DNA of 57,855 nt from Nitrospinota bacterium (GTDB lineage: Bacteria > UBA8248). Shown piece after piece: positions 10,489 to 20,627 of the stretch (position 1 is its first letter; the number at the start of each line of letters is the position of its first letter). The position numbers and the translations under genes were made by a program. The notes beneath the pieces were generated by a model. The model ran no database searches, was not told where the DNA came from, and saw only the letters and a program-made list of their open reading frames with translations. The stretch is taken from the NCBI GenBank assembly GCA_030754595.1, contig JASLZZ010000130.1:1-57855 (forward strand), written 5' to 3'.

Positions 10489-11766
10489 CTACATCGGGAT
10501 GACGGAGATCTCCTTGACGGGCCATTTCGAGAGAATCTCCACACCCGTCTTCGTGACGTGGATCACCTCCTCGATCCGCACGCCCTGGCCTTCGCCGTCG
10601 CCCTCCTGGGTCTCAATTGCGAAACACATGTCCTCTTCGATCACCTGGGGATGATCGATCGAGCAGCCACGCCAGACCATCGGGGGCTCGTAGAGCGTTA
10701 GTCCGATGCCGTGCGCCCAGTTGTTGCCCGCCGTCTGGTCCTCGTGGGCGACGCCGATGTCGCTCCAGACTTCCGGTCCGGGCGGCCATTTCTCGGCGAC
10801 TTCCTTCGTCGTCACGCCGGGCTTGATGATGTTGATGGCATCGTAGAGCCAGTCGTAGGCGCGCTGGTAGGCGTCCTTGGTGGCCTTGGAGGGCTCGCCG
10901 ATGCTGAAGGTGCGGTAGTAGCAGGTTTTGTATCCGTTCCAGGAGGTGTTGTAGACGTCCATGTAGATAACGTCGCCGGGGTTGAGCCGCCGGCCCGTGT
11001 GGTGGCGAAGGTTGGGCCAGGTGTAGGGCCCCGAGGTGCAGAAAACGCCCGAGTAAACCTCGCCGCCGTTGGCGTAGCAGGCCTTGAATACTTCGCCGAG
11101 GATCTCGTGCTCGCTCACGCCGGGACCCGCCGTTTTGCGGAGGGCTCCGAACATGGCGTCGCCCACCGAGCAGGTGTTGCGCAGGCACTGGACCTCCTCG
11201 GGCGTTTTGTACTTGCGCGCCTCGAGCAGGGCCAGGTAGCCGTCTCCGCTCGTCTTCACCCCCTTGGCCCCGAAGGCCTCGGTGATGTAGGGGTCGGCGA
11301 AGTCCATCGCGAGGGTTTTCTTCTCCACCCCGTTGCGCTTGAGCTCATCGTAAATCTGACCCACGAAGCGGTTGACCGCCGCCTCGTGGGCCCCCTCACC
11401 CATGCACCGCGCGATCCAGCCCATCCCGGTGATGGCGTACTTGACGTTGCCCTTGGGCAGCCAGGGGGCGAAGCGCTCGGTGTGGTAGCCGATGTCGCCC
11501 TGCTCGTAGACGATGGGTTGATCGTCGCCCTCGACGAGCAGCGAATACCGGAGCCCCGAGCTGTTCGTCGTCCACGAGGGCGTGTAGGTGCTCGTCATGT
11601 AGCGCGTGTTCCACTCGTTGAGAGAGATGTAGGCGCCGATGTCTCTTTTCTCGAATAGCTCCCTTTTCGTGCTGGCGAGGCGCTGCTCGCGCAGCCGGTC
11701 CATGTTGATGCCTTGAATCCAATCGGTGTTCTGAAACGGATACGAAAGGCCATGCGCTTCGGTCAT
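10489..11766 (-). CDS. M24 (Xaa-Pro peptidase/creatinase) family protein
   Basis: ARKYKTPEE, GDVIYMD, YYRTF, HGIGL, FAIET and GVRIEE pita-bread fold motifs. Confidence 0.85.
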   Translation of the reverse strand: MTEAHGLSYPFQNTDWIQGINMDRLREQRLASTKRELFEKRDIGAYISLNEWNTRYMTSTYTPSWTTNSSGLRYSLLVEGDDQPIVYEQGDIGYHTERFAPWLPKGNVKYAITGMGWIARCMGEGAHEAAVNRFVGQIYDELKRNGVEKKTLAMDFADPYITEAFGAKGVKTSGDGYLALLEARKYKTPEEVQCLRNTCSVGDAMFGALRKTAGPGVSEHEILGEVFKACYANGGEVYSGVFCTSGPYTWPNLRHHTGRRLNPGDVIYMDVYNTSWNGYKTCYYRTFSIGEPSKATKDAYQRAYDWLYDAINIIKPGVTTKEVAEKWPPGPEVWSDIGVAHEDQTAGNNWAHGIGLTLYEPPMVWRGCSIDHPQVIEEDMCFAIETQEGDGEGQGVRIEEVIHVTKTGVEILSKWPVKEISVIPM

Positions 11767-12190
11767 GGGTTTTTCTCCTCTCTCGGAAAAAGCGATCCTC
11801 TCGGAAACGAAGACTCGCGAAATCGGACATGGCGCGGAACGGGTGAACGACAGGACAAAAATCCTACATGATGCCTGTCGGAACGAACACCCGCGAAATC
11901 CCTGGAGATGAACGGTAATATAGGATGCTTATATCCTGATTGCAACTCGAAAACTGTTCGCACCGATCTCAAATTATTCAGGGCATGAACCAACGAGGAA
12001 GGCGGGGGCCTCCGGAGGCCAACTACTCCGCCTCACCGAGGAGAAAGAATTTTGATCAGGGCCCGGGCGTTTCGCGGAAAAATCGGGATCACCTCAGCCC
12101 CTGGAGTGTATATTGGCTTCGCGGAAAAACCTCATGGGTAAATTTTTCGGATAAATTCAATATGATTGGAATTCAGAAAGGGACGAAGCC

Positions 12191-12966
12191 TTGAAGACGC
12201 CCTTAAAAAAAAATCGCGGGCCTTCTGGGCTTTGAAATAATTTGGAAGGGTTCGGTGCCCTCCGATCTGACGAGGCTCCGGAGTGATTTCACCCCCCCCC
12301 GAAGAACATCAGTAAAGCCTGGAAACCTACACCCAGACAAGCCCCGAAAGACTTTTGGCCCTGATACGGGCGGTGGAATATACCGTGAAATTCAAGATTC
12401 CCGGCGCTTTCGTGGAATGTGGCGTCTGGAAAGGCGGAAGCATAATGACTGTCGCATATACACTGAACCGGCTGGGCGTTCGAGATCGAGACTTGTTTCT
12501 TTATGACACCTTTGAGGGAATGACCGAGCCAACCGAAATAGATGTATCCCACTACGGGGTGGCCGCCGCCGAAAGTTAGCGCCGCTACAGGGAAGAAAAA
12601 GTTGACGACGCGGGATTATTCGAAATCAACATCGCCCCTCTGGAAGAGGTTCGAAAAGCGCTTGAAAAAACAGGATATCCCCAAAAACACGTTCATTTCG
12701 TGAAGGGAAAAGTGGAGAATACGATACCGGGAACCGCTCCGGAGCAAATTGCGCTTCTTCGGCTCGATACCGATTGGTACGAATCGACCCGCTACGAGAT
12801 GGCGCACCTCTTCCCACGCCTCTCGACCGGAGGAGTGCTAATCGTGGATGACTATGGAGAGTGGCGGGGCTCCCGCCAGGCTATCGACGAATACATCAAC
12901 GATAATAATATTCCGCTACTCATGAATCGCATCGATTACACGGGCCGGATAGCGGTCAAACCCTGA
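12191..12966 (+). pseudogene. TylF/MycF/NovP-type sugar O-methyltransferase, interrupted
   Basis: TSPERL, GAFVECGVWKGGS, LYDTFEGM, LLRLDTDWYES and VDDYGEW motifs. In-frame TAG at 12577-12579 and frameshifts near A9 (12205-12213) and C9 (12292-12300). Start approximate. Confidence 0.8.
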
Positions 12967-13016
12967 CTAAATCCCTCGCCTTGAAAAACGCATGCGCGAA
13001 CGGGGAATACACCCCC

Positions 13017-13760
13017 TCACACCGCCCGCCTATCACCCCACAAAATTACATGAAGGCGCGGGGTGAACCGGAAGCCGCGCTCGAGGGCGGCCTCGGCGAG
13101 GGGAAGGAGGCGGGGCTCCATGTGCTCAAACTTTTTTCCGCCGGGAGAGATGATGATCCGATCGGAGGGTAATTCGGCGAGGCCGTAGCGTTCGAGGAGG
13201 GCGTCCACCTCGGCGATCTCACCCGATTTGTGGAGGACGAACTTGAGGTAGGGCTCCTTGGCCCGCCAGAGCCAGCCGAGGGAGGCGGGCTGCTTGTCCG
13301 GGGCGATGGCGGCGGAGGCGAGCTTGGGCGAGACGTTCCACTGATCCACCGGGCCGAGCAGGGCGGCGGAGGGCTCGATGTAGCCCGAGGTCTCGACCTC
13401 GACCCGCAGGCCCGCCGCCTTGAGATGGGTGATCAGCGGGACGCAGGCCGGACTTTCGAGCGGCTCGCCTCCCGTCACGATGACCTGGCTGCCGGGGCGC
13501 CCGGCGCAATAGTCTAAAATCTCGGCCGCCGATAGCTCCAGGACCGGCGGGCCCTCCCAGCTGTACTTCGTGTCGCACCAGGCGCAGCCCACCGTGCAGC
13601 CCATCAGGCGAACAAAAACCGAGGGGCGGCCCAGCGTCGCTCCCTCCCCCTGGAGGGAGTAGAAGAGTTCGTCCGCCAGCGGCACTCGCAGGGCGGCGAC
13701 CGACGAGACAGACGCTGCCGGCGAGGTTGACTCTGGGTGAATAGCGGGCGCTTCGGACAT
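13017..13760 (-). CDS. queE: 7-carboxy-7-deazaguanine synthase (radical SAM)
   Basis: ELFYSLQGEG, GCTVGCAWCDT (CxxxCxxC), TGGEP, VETSG, NVSPKL and PRLHVILWG. Confidence 0.88.
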   Translation of the reverse strand: MSEAPAIHPESTSPAASVSSVAALRVPLADELFYSLQGEGATLGRPSVFVRLMGCTVGCAWCDTKYSWEGPPVLELSAAEILDYCAGRPGSQVIVTGGEPLESPACVPLITHLKAAGLRVEVETSGYIEPSAALLGPVDQWNVSPKLASAAIAPDKQPASLGWLWRAKEPYLKFVLHKSGEIAEVDALLERYGLAELPSDRIIISPGGKKFEHMEPRLLPLAEAALERGFRFTPRLHVILWGDRRAV

Positions 13761-13832
13761 CGATGGCTCCTCGAGCCGGCCTGGGACGCGGCCTTGACCG
13801 AGGGCGCTGGGCCCTAGCCGAGGGTAGTGATC

Positions 13833-14126
13833 CTAGCCGAGGGCGGCGGCGACGATGATGGCGATCCCGATGAAAATCGCGCCGACGACGATTCCCACCG
13901 CGCGGTTTTGATCCTTTGAGAGGGCGTCGTTCACCGAAAAGGGCGTGACCCACTCGAAAATCTTGTAGCCCACCATCAGAAGAATGATACCCACCAGGCC
14001 GTAGACGACCGAGAGAACGAGGTTCCCCACCGGGCCGATTTTCTGGGCGCCATTGGCGAGGGCCTGCGCCGGAACCACCAGGGTGGCCGAGAGCGCAAGA
14101 AAAGAAAGCCTGAATTTGATCGTCAC
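13833..14126 (-). CDS. DUF350 family small membrane protein
   Basis: KIFEWVTPF..NRAVGIVVGAIFIGIAIIVAAA; AGGAGG RBS before GTG. Confidence 0.75.
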   Translation of the reverse strand: MTIKFRLSFLALSATLVVPAQALANGAQKIGPVGNLVLSVVYGLVGIILLMVGYKIFEWVTPFSVNDALSKDQNRAVGIVVGAIFIGIAIIVAAALG

Positions 14127-14356
14127 CAAAAAATCCTCCTGGGGGCGGCCCGAGCACCGCGCGGCGGGGCGCCGCGCGGCTTCCGGAGAGACCATAGCAA
14201 GAGGGGGCAACCTCGCCAAGGGAGCGCCGCGCTCCGGCGGGCCGCCCCAACGGGGTTTCTCGCCACCAATCCCGCTAACATGGTATACATTGGTTCGGGA
14301 TTCTCTACGAAGGGCCCGGAAGGCGGCTGCCCGGGCCGATTTATTGAGGATTTTCG

Positions 14357-15334
14357 ATGGACTGGAAGGGCCGGAAAGTTCTCGTGACAGGGGCCGGCGG
14401 CTTCATCGGGAGCCATCTCGCCGAGGCGCTGCTCGGCCTGGGAGCCGAAGTGACCGCCCTCGTGCGCTACACCTCGCGCAGTTCGGCGGGCTTTCTCGAC
14501 CCAATCGCCGGAAAAATCCGCGTCCTCTCGAACGACATCACCGAATCGAGCGGCGTCCTGGCGGCGATGGAGGGCCAGGAGTTCGTCTTCCACCTCGCCG
14601 CCCTCATCGGCATTCCGTTTTCCTTCGAGCATCCCCAGGAAGTCACCCAGGTCAACACCGTGGGCACCCTCAACGTCCTTACGGCTGCTCGCCATACCGC
14701 GCCCCGGCGGGTGGTCCTCACCTCGACGAGCGAGGTCTACGGGACCGCCCGGTATGTGCCCATCGACGAGGACCATCCCCTCCAGGCCCAGTCCCCCTAC
14801 TCGGCGAGCAAGATCGCGGCCGACAAGCTGGGCGAGTCGTTTTTCCACACCTACGAGATGCCTGTCATCACGGTTCGGCCCTTCAACACCTACGGGCCGA
14901 GACAGTCCGCCCGGGCCGTCATCCCCTCCCTGATCACCCAGATGCTCGCCGGGGGCCGGGTGAAACTCGGCGCTACCACCCCGACGCGGGATTTCAACTT
15001 CGTCAAGGACACCGCGAACGGCTTCATCAAGGCCGCCGAGACCGAGGCCGCCATCGGGGAGACCCTCAACCTCGCCACCGGAAAGGAAATTTCAATCGGC
15101 GATCTGGCGAGGAAGATCGCTGGGCTGATCGATAAGGAGGTGGAATTCGAGACCGAAGAGCGGCGAATCCGCCCCGGCACGAGCGAGGTCATGCGCTTAT
15201 GCGGCAGCGGAGAGAAGGCGGCGGCCATCATCGGGTGGACGCCCGAATTCACCCTCGATGAAGGCCTCCGGCAAACCATCGACTGGCTCCGCGATACGGG
15301 CAGCGTCGATGATCCGGGCAGGTACCGCGTCTAA
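14357..15334 (+). CDS. NAD-dependent nucleotide-sugar 4,6-dehydratase/epimerase (LegB-like)
   Basis: TGAGGFIGSHL, HLAALIGIP, STSEVYG, QSPYSASK and RPFNTYGPRQSARAVIP. Confidence 0.85.
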   Translation: MDWKGRKVLVTGAGGFIGSHLAEALLGLGAEVTALVRYTSRSSAGFLDPIAGKIRVLSNDITESSGVLAAMEGQEFVFHLAALIGIPFSFEHPQEVTQVNTVGTLNVLTAARHTAPRRVVLTSTSEVYGTARYVPIDEDHPLQAQSPYSASKIAADKLGESFFHTYEMPVITVRPFNTYGPRQSARAVIPSLITQMLAGGRVKLGATTPTRDFNFVKDTANGFIKAAETEAAIGETLNLATGKEISIGDLARKIAGLIDKEVEFETEERRIRPGTSEVMRLCGSGEKAAAIIGWTPEFTLDEGLRQTIDWLRDTGSVDDPGRYRV

Positions 15335-16050
15335 TGAAGGCCATCGTCCTGGCCGGCGGCCTCGGAACACGCCTGCGCCCCCTCACCTTTGCTATTCCCA
15401 AGCCCCTCGTCCCCGTCGGCGAGAAGCCGATTCTCGAAATCCTCGTCGAAAACCTCAAGTCGCACGGCACCGAGGACATCTACCTCGCCGTCGGCTACCG
15501 GGCCGAGTTGATCGAAACCTACTTCCAGAGGGGCGACCGATTCGGGGTCAACATTCACTACTCCCGCGAGGAGAGCCGCCTCGGGACCGCCGGGCCCGCT
15601 CGGCTGGCGCGCGATCAGTTCGAAATCTCCGAGCCGGTCCTCGTCATGAACGCCGACATCATCACCAATCTGAATTTTCGGGACCTCTACCAATGGCATG
15701 AGGAGAAAGGAGCGGCGATCACCGTCGGCATCCGACCCTTCAGGCAGACGATACCCTTCGGCGTCGTCGAGACCGAGGGTGACCGGATCACCACCATCGT
15801 CGAGCGCCCGGCCCAGACCTGCCAGATCAACTGCGGAATCTACGTCGTCAACCCCGGTGTGCTCGACCTCGTTCCTCCGGACGTGGAGTTCTACATGCCC
15901 GATCTCATCGAGGCAGCCATGAAAGAAGGAAACCCGGTCCACGGTTACGAAATCCGCGAAAAGTGGGTCTCCATCGACAATCTCGGCGACCTCGAGGAGG
16001 AAACCGGCCGGATGGAGCGGGACGCCCCCCAGCGGGACGAGGCGCGATGA
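15334..16050 (+). CDS. Sugar-phosphate nucleotidyltransferase
   Basis: LAGGLGTRLRPLT..PKPL, LGTAG and VMNADI; translationally coupled to the upstream gene. Confidence 0.88.
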   Translation: MKAIVLAGGLGTRLRPLTFAIPKPLVPVGEKPILEILVENLKSHGTEDIYLAVGYRAELIETYFQRGDRFGVNIHYSREESRLGTAGPARLARDQFEISEPVLVMNADIITNLNFRDLYQWHEEKGAAITVGIRPFRQTIPFGVVETEGDRITTIVERPAQTCQINCGIYVVNPGVLDLVPPDVEFYMPDLIEAAMKEGNPVHGYEIREKWVSIDNLGDLEEETGRMERDAPQRDEAR

Positions 16051-17066
16051 AAGTTCTTTTCTGTACGAACGATCAGAGCTTTCAGCCTTCGAACGAGCCC
16101 TACGGCTTCTATCTCGGCATCACCTCCCTCGGACACAGCGCCGAGGTTTTCTACTACCGCCGGAAAAGTTTTTTCTACTCGAACTTCCGCAAGCCGTGGG
16201 TTCGGTGGATGAACAACCACCTCGCGGAAAAGTGCATCGGCGAGGAGATTGACTTGCTCCTCGTCCACCGGGGCGGCTACGTCGCCGCCGAGACCCTGGA
16301 GCGAATCCGGCGCGAGAGCGGCTGCCGGACGGCTTGTTTTTTTCCGGACAATCCCTTCGGCGCCTACACTCCGCCCTTGCCCTTCGATCTGATCGCCGCC
16401 TACGATCTTTTCATCACCAAGGACACTTATTTCGGCGAGGAATTCGAGACCTACGGGTTCGAGAACGTCGTCGCCCTCCCTCACGCCTACGACCCCTCGG
16501 AGTTCGAAGCCCGCTTCACTGATGAAGAGCTGGCCCCCTTCCGGGCGGACGTGGCTTTCATCGGCGGCTATCACGCCTTCAGGGAGCGCATATTCTCAGG
16601 GCTGACGGACGAGGGCGTAGATTTCCGAATCTGGGGCCCGCGCTGGGCGCAGGCCACGGACCCCTGGATCCGGGAGCGGGTTCATATGAAAAGAGCGCTC
16701 GACCGGGAGGAAAAACTCAAGGCCCTTCAGGCGAGCAAGATACTGATCAACCTTCAGCACGGCGGCGGCGCGCTCTACTGGCCCGACGACAAGGTGGTCC
16801 AGTACATGGGTGCCGGAGCACTGATGATCGTCAACGACAAGCGCGACCTCGGGAAAATCTTCGAGCGCGGGCAGGAAATACTGACCTACCGCAATCGGGG
16901 GGAGCTTCAGGCCCTCATCCGCGAGCATCTCGCGGACGAGCCGAGGCGCCTTGAGATCGCCCGGAAAGGCCGGGAGCGCGCCCGGCGCGACCACACCACC
17001 GCCGTCCGGTTCAACCAGATACTCGATATTCTTCGGGAGCGGGGGATTCCGGCCGGGAATGAATAG
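16047..17066 (+). CDS. CgeB-like glycosyltransferase
   Basis: ATGA overlap; FFPDNP, LPHAYDP, DVAFIG, IWGPRW and IARKGRERARRDHT C-terminal GT pattern. Confidence 0.75.
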   Translation: MKVLFCTNDQSFQPSNEPYGFYLGITSLGHSAEVFYYRRKSFFYSNFRKPWVRWMNNHLAEKCIGEEIDLLLVHRGGYVAAETLERIRRESGCRTACFFPDNPFGAYTPPLPFDLIAAYDLFITKDTYFGEEFETYGFENVVALPHAYDPSEFEARFTDEELAPFRADVAFIGGYHAFRERIFSGLTDEGVDFRIWGPRWAQATDPWIRERVHMKRALDREEKLKALQASKILINLQHGGGALYWPDDKVVQYMGAGALMIVNDKRDLGKIFERGQEILTYRNRGELQALIREHLADEPRRLEIARKGRERARRDHTTAVRFNQILDILRERGIPAGNE

Positions 17067-17147
17067 AGAAGCCGCCCCGCGTGGCGCCCGCCGCCCGATT
17101 CCGCTATCTTCTCCTTATCCGCCCGCACCGAAAGGAACCAACGCGAA

Positions 17148-17924
17148 ATGAATCAGCCGCGGAATCTCACCTACGACGAGGTCAAGGATCATCTCGCCGT
17201 GCGGATACGCGCGCACACCAAGTTCGCCAATTTTCAGCTAGAGACCTGGTTCGCCGAGAACCTGAAAATCCCCCCGGGCGGTGCGCTGCTCGAAATCGGC
17301 TGCGGGGACGGAAACTGGTTCAAGACCTGGGCGGGCTGTCTCGGAGCGGAGGGGTTCATCGCCGGTATCGACAAAAACGAAGAGTTGATAGCCCGCGGTG
17401 CGGCGCGGAAAGTCGCGTGCCGCAAGCTTCTCCTGCGAATGGATTTCAGTGATCTCACCGCGTTCCTGCCGGAGACGTTCGACTGCGCAGTCGCGCCTTA
17501 CTCGATCTACTACGCTGACGACGCCCGCGAGACGGTGGAGGCGATACGCTCCCTGCTGAAGGAGGGAAGCTGGGCCTACCTCATCGGCCCGACCGAGCGC
17601 AACGCGGACGAGCTTTACCAACTGAACAAGCTCCTGTTCGGATTCGAAAGCGACGACCCGACTAAGCGGCGGGCCTGCCGAATCGAGGAGGAGTTTCTTC
17701 CGGCGGCGGAGGAACTGTTCGCCGAGGTCGCGAGCCGGCGCGTCCCCCGCATGATCACTTTCCCCTCGCTGGACCACTACTGCGAGTACTATCGAGCGAC
17801 GCTGCTCTTCCGCGAGTCCTGCAAGAAGGCGGGCAGGACCCCATCGGCCGGCGAAATCGCCGATTGCGGCTGGGAGAATCTCGACCTCTCGAAGGAGGTC
17901 GTCGTCGTCGAGGCCCGCCGCTGA
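17148..17924 (+). CDS. Class I SAM-dependent methyltransferase
   Basis: LLEIGCGDG motif I; AGID motif II. Confidence 0.8.
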   Translation: MNQPRNLTYDEVKDHLAVRIRAHTKFANFQLETWFAENLKIPPGGALLEIGCGDGNWFKTWAGCLGAEGFIAGIDKNEELIARGAARKVACRKLLLRMDFSDLTAFLPETFDCAVAPYSIYYADDARETVEAIRSLLKEGSWAYLIGPTERNADELYQLNKLLFGFESDDPTKRRACRIEEEFLPAAEELFAEVASRRVPRMITFPSLDHYCEYYRATLLFRESCKKAGRTPSAGEIADCGWENLDLSKEVVVVEARR

Positions 17925-18014
17925 TTGTGGCCCGCGGCTGAGCGGGCCCCGCTGCAGAGCGTGACCCGGAATTTACCGTCCGATTTTTTTTAAGGAACAC
18001 CAGGGAGAATCGTC

Positions 18015-18686
18015 ATCGCGCAGCCAGGCGCCATTCTCGTCATCGCTCCCCACCCGGACGATGAGACGCTCGGACCGGGGGGGACCCTCCTCCGGCGCGC
18101 CGACGAGGGTTGGGAGCTTCACTGGCTGCTCGTGACCGACGGGCAACACGCAACCGGCGAGGCATCGGACGAGCGGCGCGAACACGAGATCGAGGCCGTC
18201 GCCGGACGCTACGACTTTAAAAGCATCCGCCGCCTGAAGATGCCGGTCTCGGCCCTCCACCGGGTGCCCGAGACGGAACTCTACGAGGGAATCGCCGGGG
18301 CGATCCGCGAGGCGGAGCCCTCCGAGGTGCTGCTCCCCTTCCGGAGCGATGCCCACAGCGACCATCACGCCGTCAACGCGATCGGCTGGTCGTGCTCGAA
18401 ATCGTTCCGCTTCCCCACGGTGCGCCGGGTGCTCATGTACGACACGCCCTCGGAAACCGATTTCTCGCACCCGGGCGATCCGTTCGTCCCTGGTGTGCTG
18501 GTGGACGTCACCGGCTACCTGGATCGCAAAATCGAGATCATGGGAATCTACGAGAGCGAGTTGAGGGCGCACCCCTTCCCGCGCTCCGAGGAAGCCCTTC
18601 GGGCGCGGGCAACGCTCTACGGCGCGATGGCGGGCTGCGTGGCGGCCGAGGGATTCATGCTCATGCGCGACATCGATCGTCTCTGA
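18015..18686 (+). CDS. PIG-L/LmbE family N-acetyl deacetylase (no canonical start codon)
   Basis: ILVIAPHPDDETLG lies upstream of and in frame with the predicted ORF; also DAHSDH, YDTPSET and FPRSEEA. The frame opens after TAA 17991 with only ATC after the GGGAGA RBS. Confidence 0.75.
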   Translation: MAQPGAILVIAPHPDDETLGPGGTLLRRADEGWELHWLLVTDGQHATGEASDERREHEIEAVAGRYDFKSIRRLKMPVSALHRVPETELYEGIAGAIREAEPSEVLLPFRSDAHSDHHAVNAIGWSCSKSFRFPTVRRVLMYDTPSETDFSHPGDPFVPGVLVDVTGYLDRKIEIMGIYESELRAHPFPRSEEALRARATLYGAMAGCVAAEGFMLMRDIDRL

Positions 18687-18689
18687 GGT

Positions 18690-19076
18690 TCAATCCTTCC
18701 GGTACTCCGAGATTTCGACGAGGTTACCGTCCGGGTCGCGGATGTAGGCCGAGGTGATCGACCCTTCGGCGTCCGACTTGAGGACGGGGCCCACCTCGAT
18801 GGAGACGCCGGCCTCCCCGAGTTGGCGGATGACCTCCGCTATCGGCTCTTCGCTGATCAGGCAAAAATCTCCCGCCCCAGGGGCGGGCGCCTTGGCCTTG
18901 GGCTCGAACTCGCGCCCCGCCTGGTGGAGGTTAATCTTCTGGCGGCCAAAAACGAGCGCCCGCCTACCGCTGTCGAACTTGACGGCCCTCATGCCCAACA
19001 CCCGATCATAGAATTCGCAGGTGGCCGGAATCGAGCGCACCGTCAGGACAAAATGATCGATCGCGGAAATCTTCAT
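18690..19076 (-). CDS. VOC/glyoxalase family protein
   Basis: IDHFVLTV, KINLHQ and YIRDPDGNLVEIS. Confidence 0.88.
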   Translation of the reverse strand: MKISAIDHFVLTVRSIPATCEFYDRVLGMRAVKFDSGRRALVFGRQKINLHQAGREFEPKAKAPAPGAGDFCLISEEPIAEVIRQLGEAGVSIEVGPVLKSDAEGSITSAYIRDPDGNLVEISEYRKD

Positions 19077-19296
19077 CGGCAGGTCAACTCTCCTCCTAGC
19101 CCCGGTTTCGGACTCGAAACGGCGAAATTGGGCCGCAATCTCCGATACCCAAAACGCCATCATCTACGAATGGCGGGGGAAGGTCCACGGCGATTCCGAC
19201 CGGACCACCCTTTTATCCCAGATTGGACAGCCGGGGGACGGAATCAGTAAAATCGGCTCACAGATTTGTTTTCAGTCAAACCCTGGAGAAAAATGA

Positions 19297-20606
19297 ATGC
19301 CAACTCCCGCGGAACTCGCGGAATGGGTCAACGATGCGCGGGACCGAACCCGCGAGTTCGTGGACGATCTTTCGGACGATCAACTCATCGGCCCGAAACT
19401 CATCTGCGTGAATCCACTTCTCTGGGAGATCGGGCACATGGCCTGGTTCCAGGGAAAATGGATGCTGCGCGGCATCAACGGGCGCGAGCCGATCCGCGCC
19501 GACGAGGACGAACCCTACGATTCCATGGAGATTCACCACCACACGAGGTGGGATCTTCCCCTGCCCCCGCGCCGGGAAATCTATCGCTACATGGACCAGA
19601 TCGTCGCCAAGGTGATGGAGCGCGTCGAAAGCGGCGGCCTGACCGAGGACGAGGCCTATCATGTCATGTACGGGGTCTATCACGAGGACATGCACACCGA
19701 GGCTTTCTCCTACACGCGTCAGACCCTGGGCTACCCGGTTCCCTCGGGGCTCCTCGAATACACCGAGCGCACCCGCACGAAAGAGGACATCGGCGGCGGA
19801 CCGTTCCCCGGCGATGCGCGGATACCGGGCGGCGTCTATATGCTCGGCGCCCCCAGGGACGAATCCTTCGCCTTCGATAACGAGAAGTGGGCGCACCCGG
19901 TCGAGATCGCACCATTCGCCATTGCCCGGGCGGCGGTGACACAGACCGAGTTCTCGGAGTTCGTTGACGGCGGCGGCTACCGGAACGAATCGCTCTGGTC
20001 CGGGGAGGGTGGAAGTGGCGCTCCGAGGAGGATTCACAGCATCCCGTTCATTGGCGCCGCGGCGCGGACGGTTGGGAGCGGCGCAACTTCGACGAGTGGT
20101 TGCCGCTCGAACCGCACCGGCCCGTGATTCACATAAACTTCTACGAGGCCGAGGCCTATTGCCGGTGGGCGGGCCGGCGGCTTCCCACCGAGGCCGAGTG
20201 GGAGTTGGCCGCCTCGGGCGAACGATCCGCCTCGGGCGGCGGATTCACCGAGCGAAAGCGGCGCTACCCCTGGGGGGATGAGCCGCCCACCCCGGATCGG
20301 GTCAACCTCGACTGGCGGCACATGGGCTGCGTGGACGTCGGCGCGTTTCCAAAGGGCGACAGCGCCTTCGGCTGCCGCCAGATGCTCGGGAACGCCTGGG
20401 AGTGGACCAGTTCGGTTTTCGCCCCCTTCCCCGGCTTCGTCGCCGACCCCTATAAGGACTACTCTGAGCCCTGGTTCCACTCGCGCCGGGTGCTTCGTGG
20501 AGGTGCCTGGCCCACCCGCTCCCGGTTGATCAGGAACCTGTATCGAAACTATTTTACCCCCGAGCGCAAGGATGTCTGGGCCGGATTCCGGACCTGCGCT
20601 CTCTAG
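19297..20606 (+). pseudogene. senA: Selenoneine synthase SenA (EgtB-like DinB + FGE-sulfatase domains), 1-nt frameshift
   Basis: NPLLWEIGHMAWFQ and HEDMHTEAF iron-binding motifs; FAFDNE, RRLPTEAEWE, GNAWEW and AGFRTC. Adding one base at 20007-20009 restores SGEGWKWR and a 436-aa protein. Directly upstream of senB. Confidence 0.8.
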
Positions 20607-20627
20607 ATGCCACTGCACCAAAGGCCG

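Noticed and set aside
13017..13760. queE as part of a 7-deazaguanine DNA-modification (dpd) system
   Set aside because: No dpdA/tgt-like, queC, queD or folE genes are adjacent; ordinary queuosine synthesis is the simpler reading.
19297..20606. Canonical ergothioneine sulfoxide synthase EgtB
   Set aside because: It lacks the typical SPxKWHxAH and HEQQHQE motifs; the signature and the adjacent senB favour SenA.
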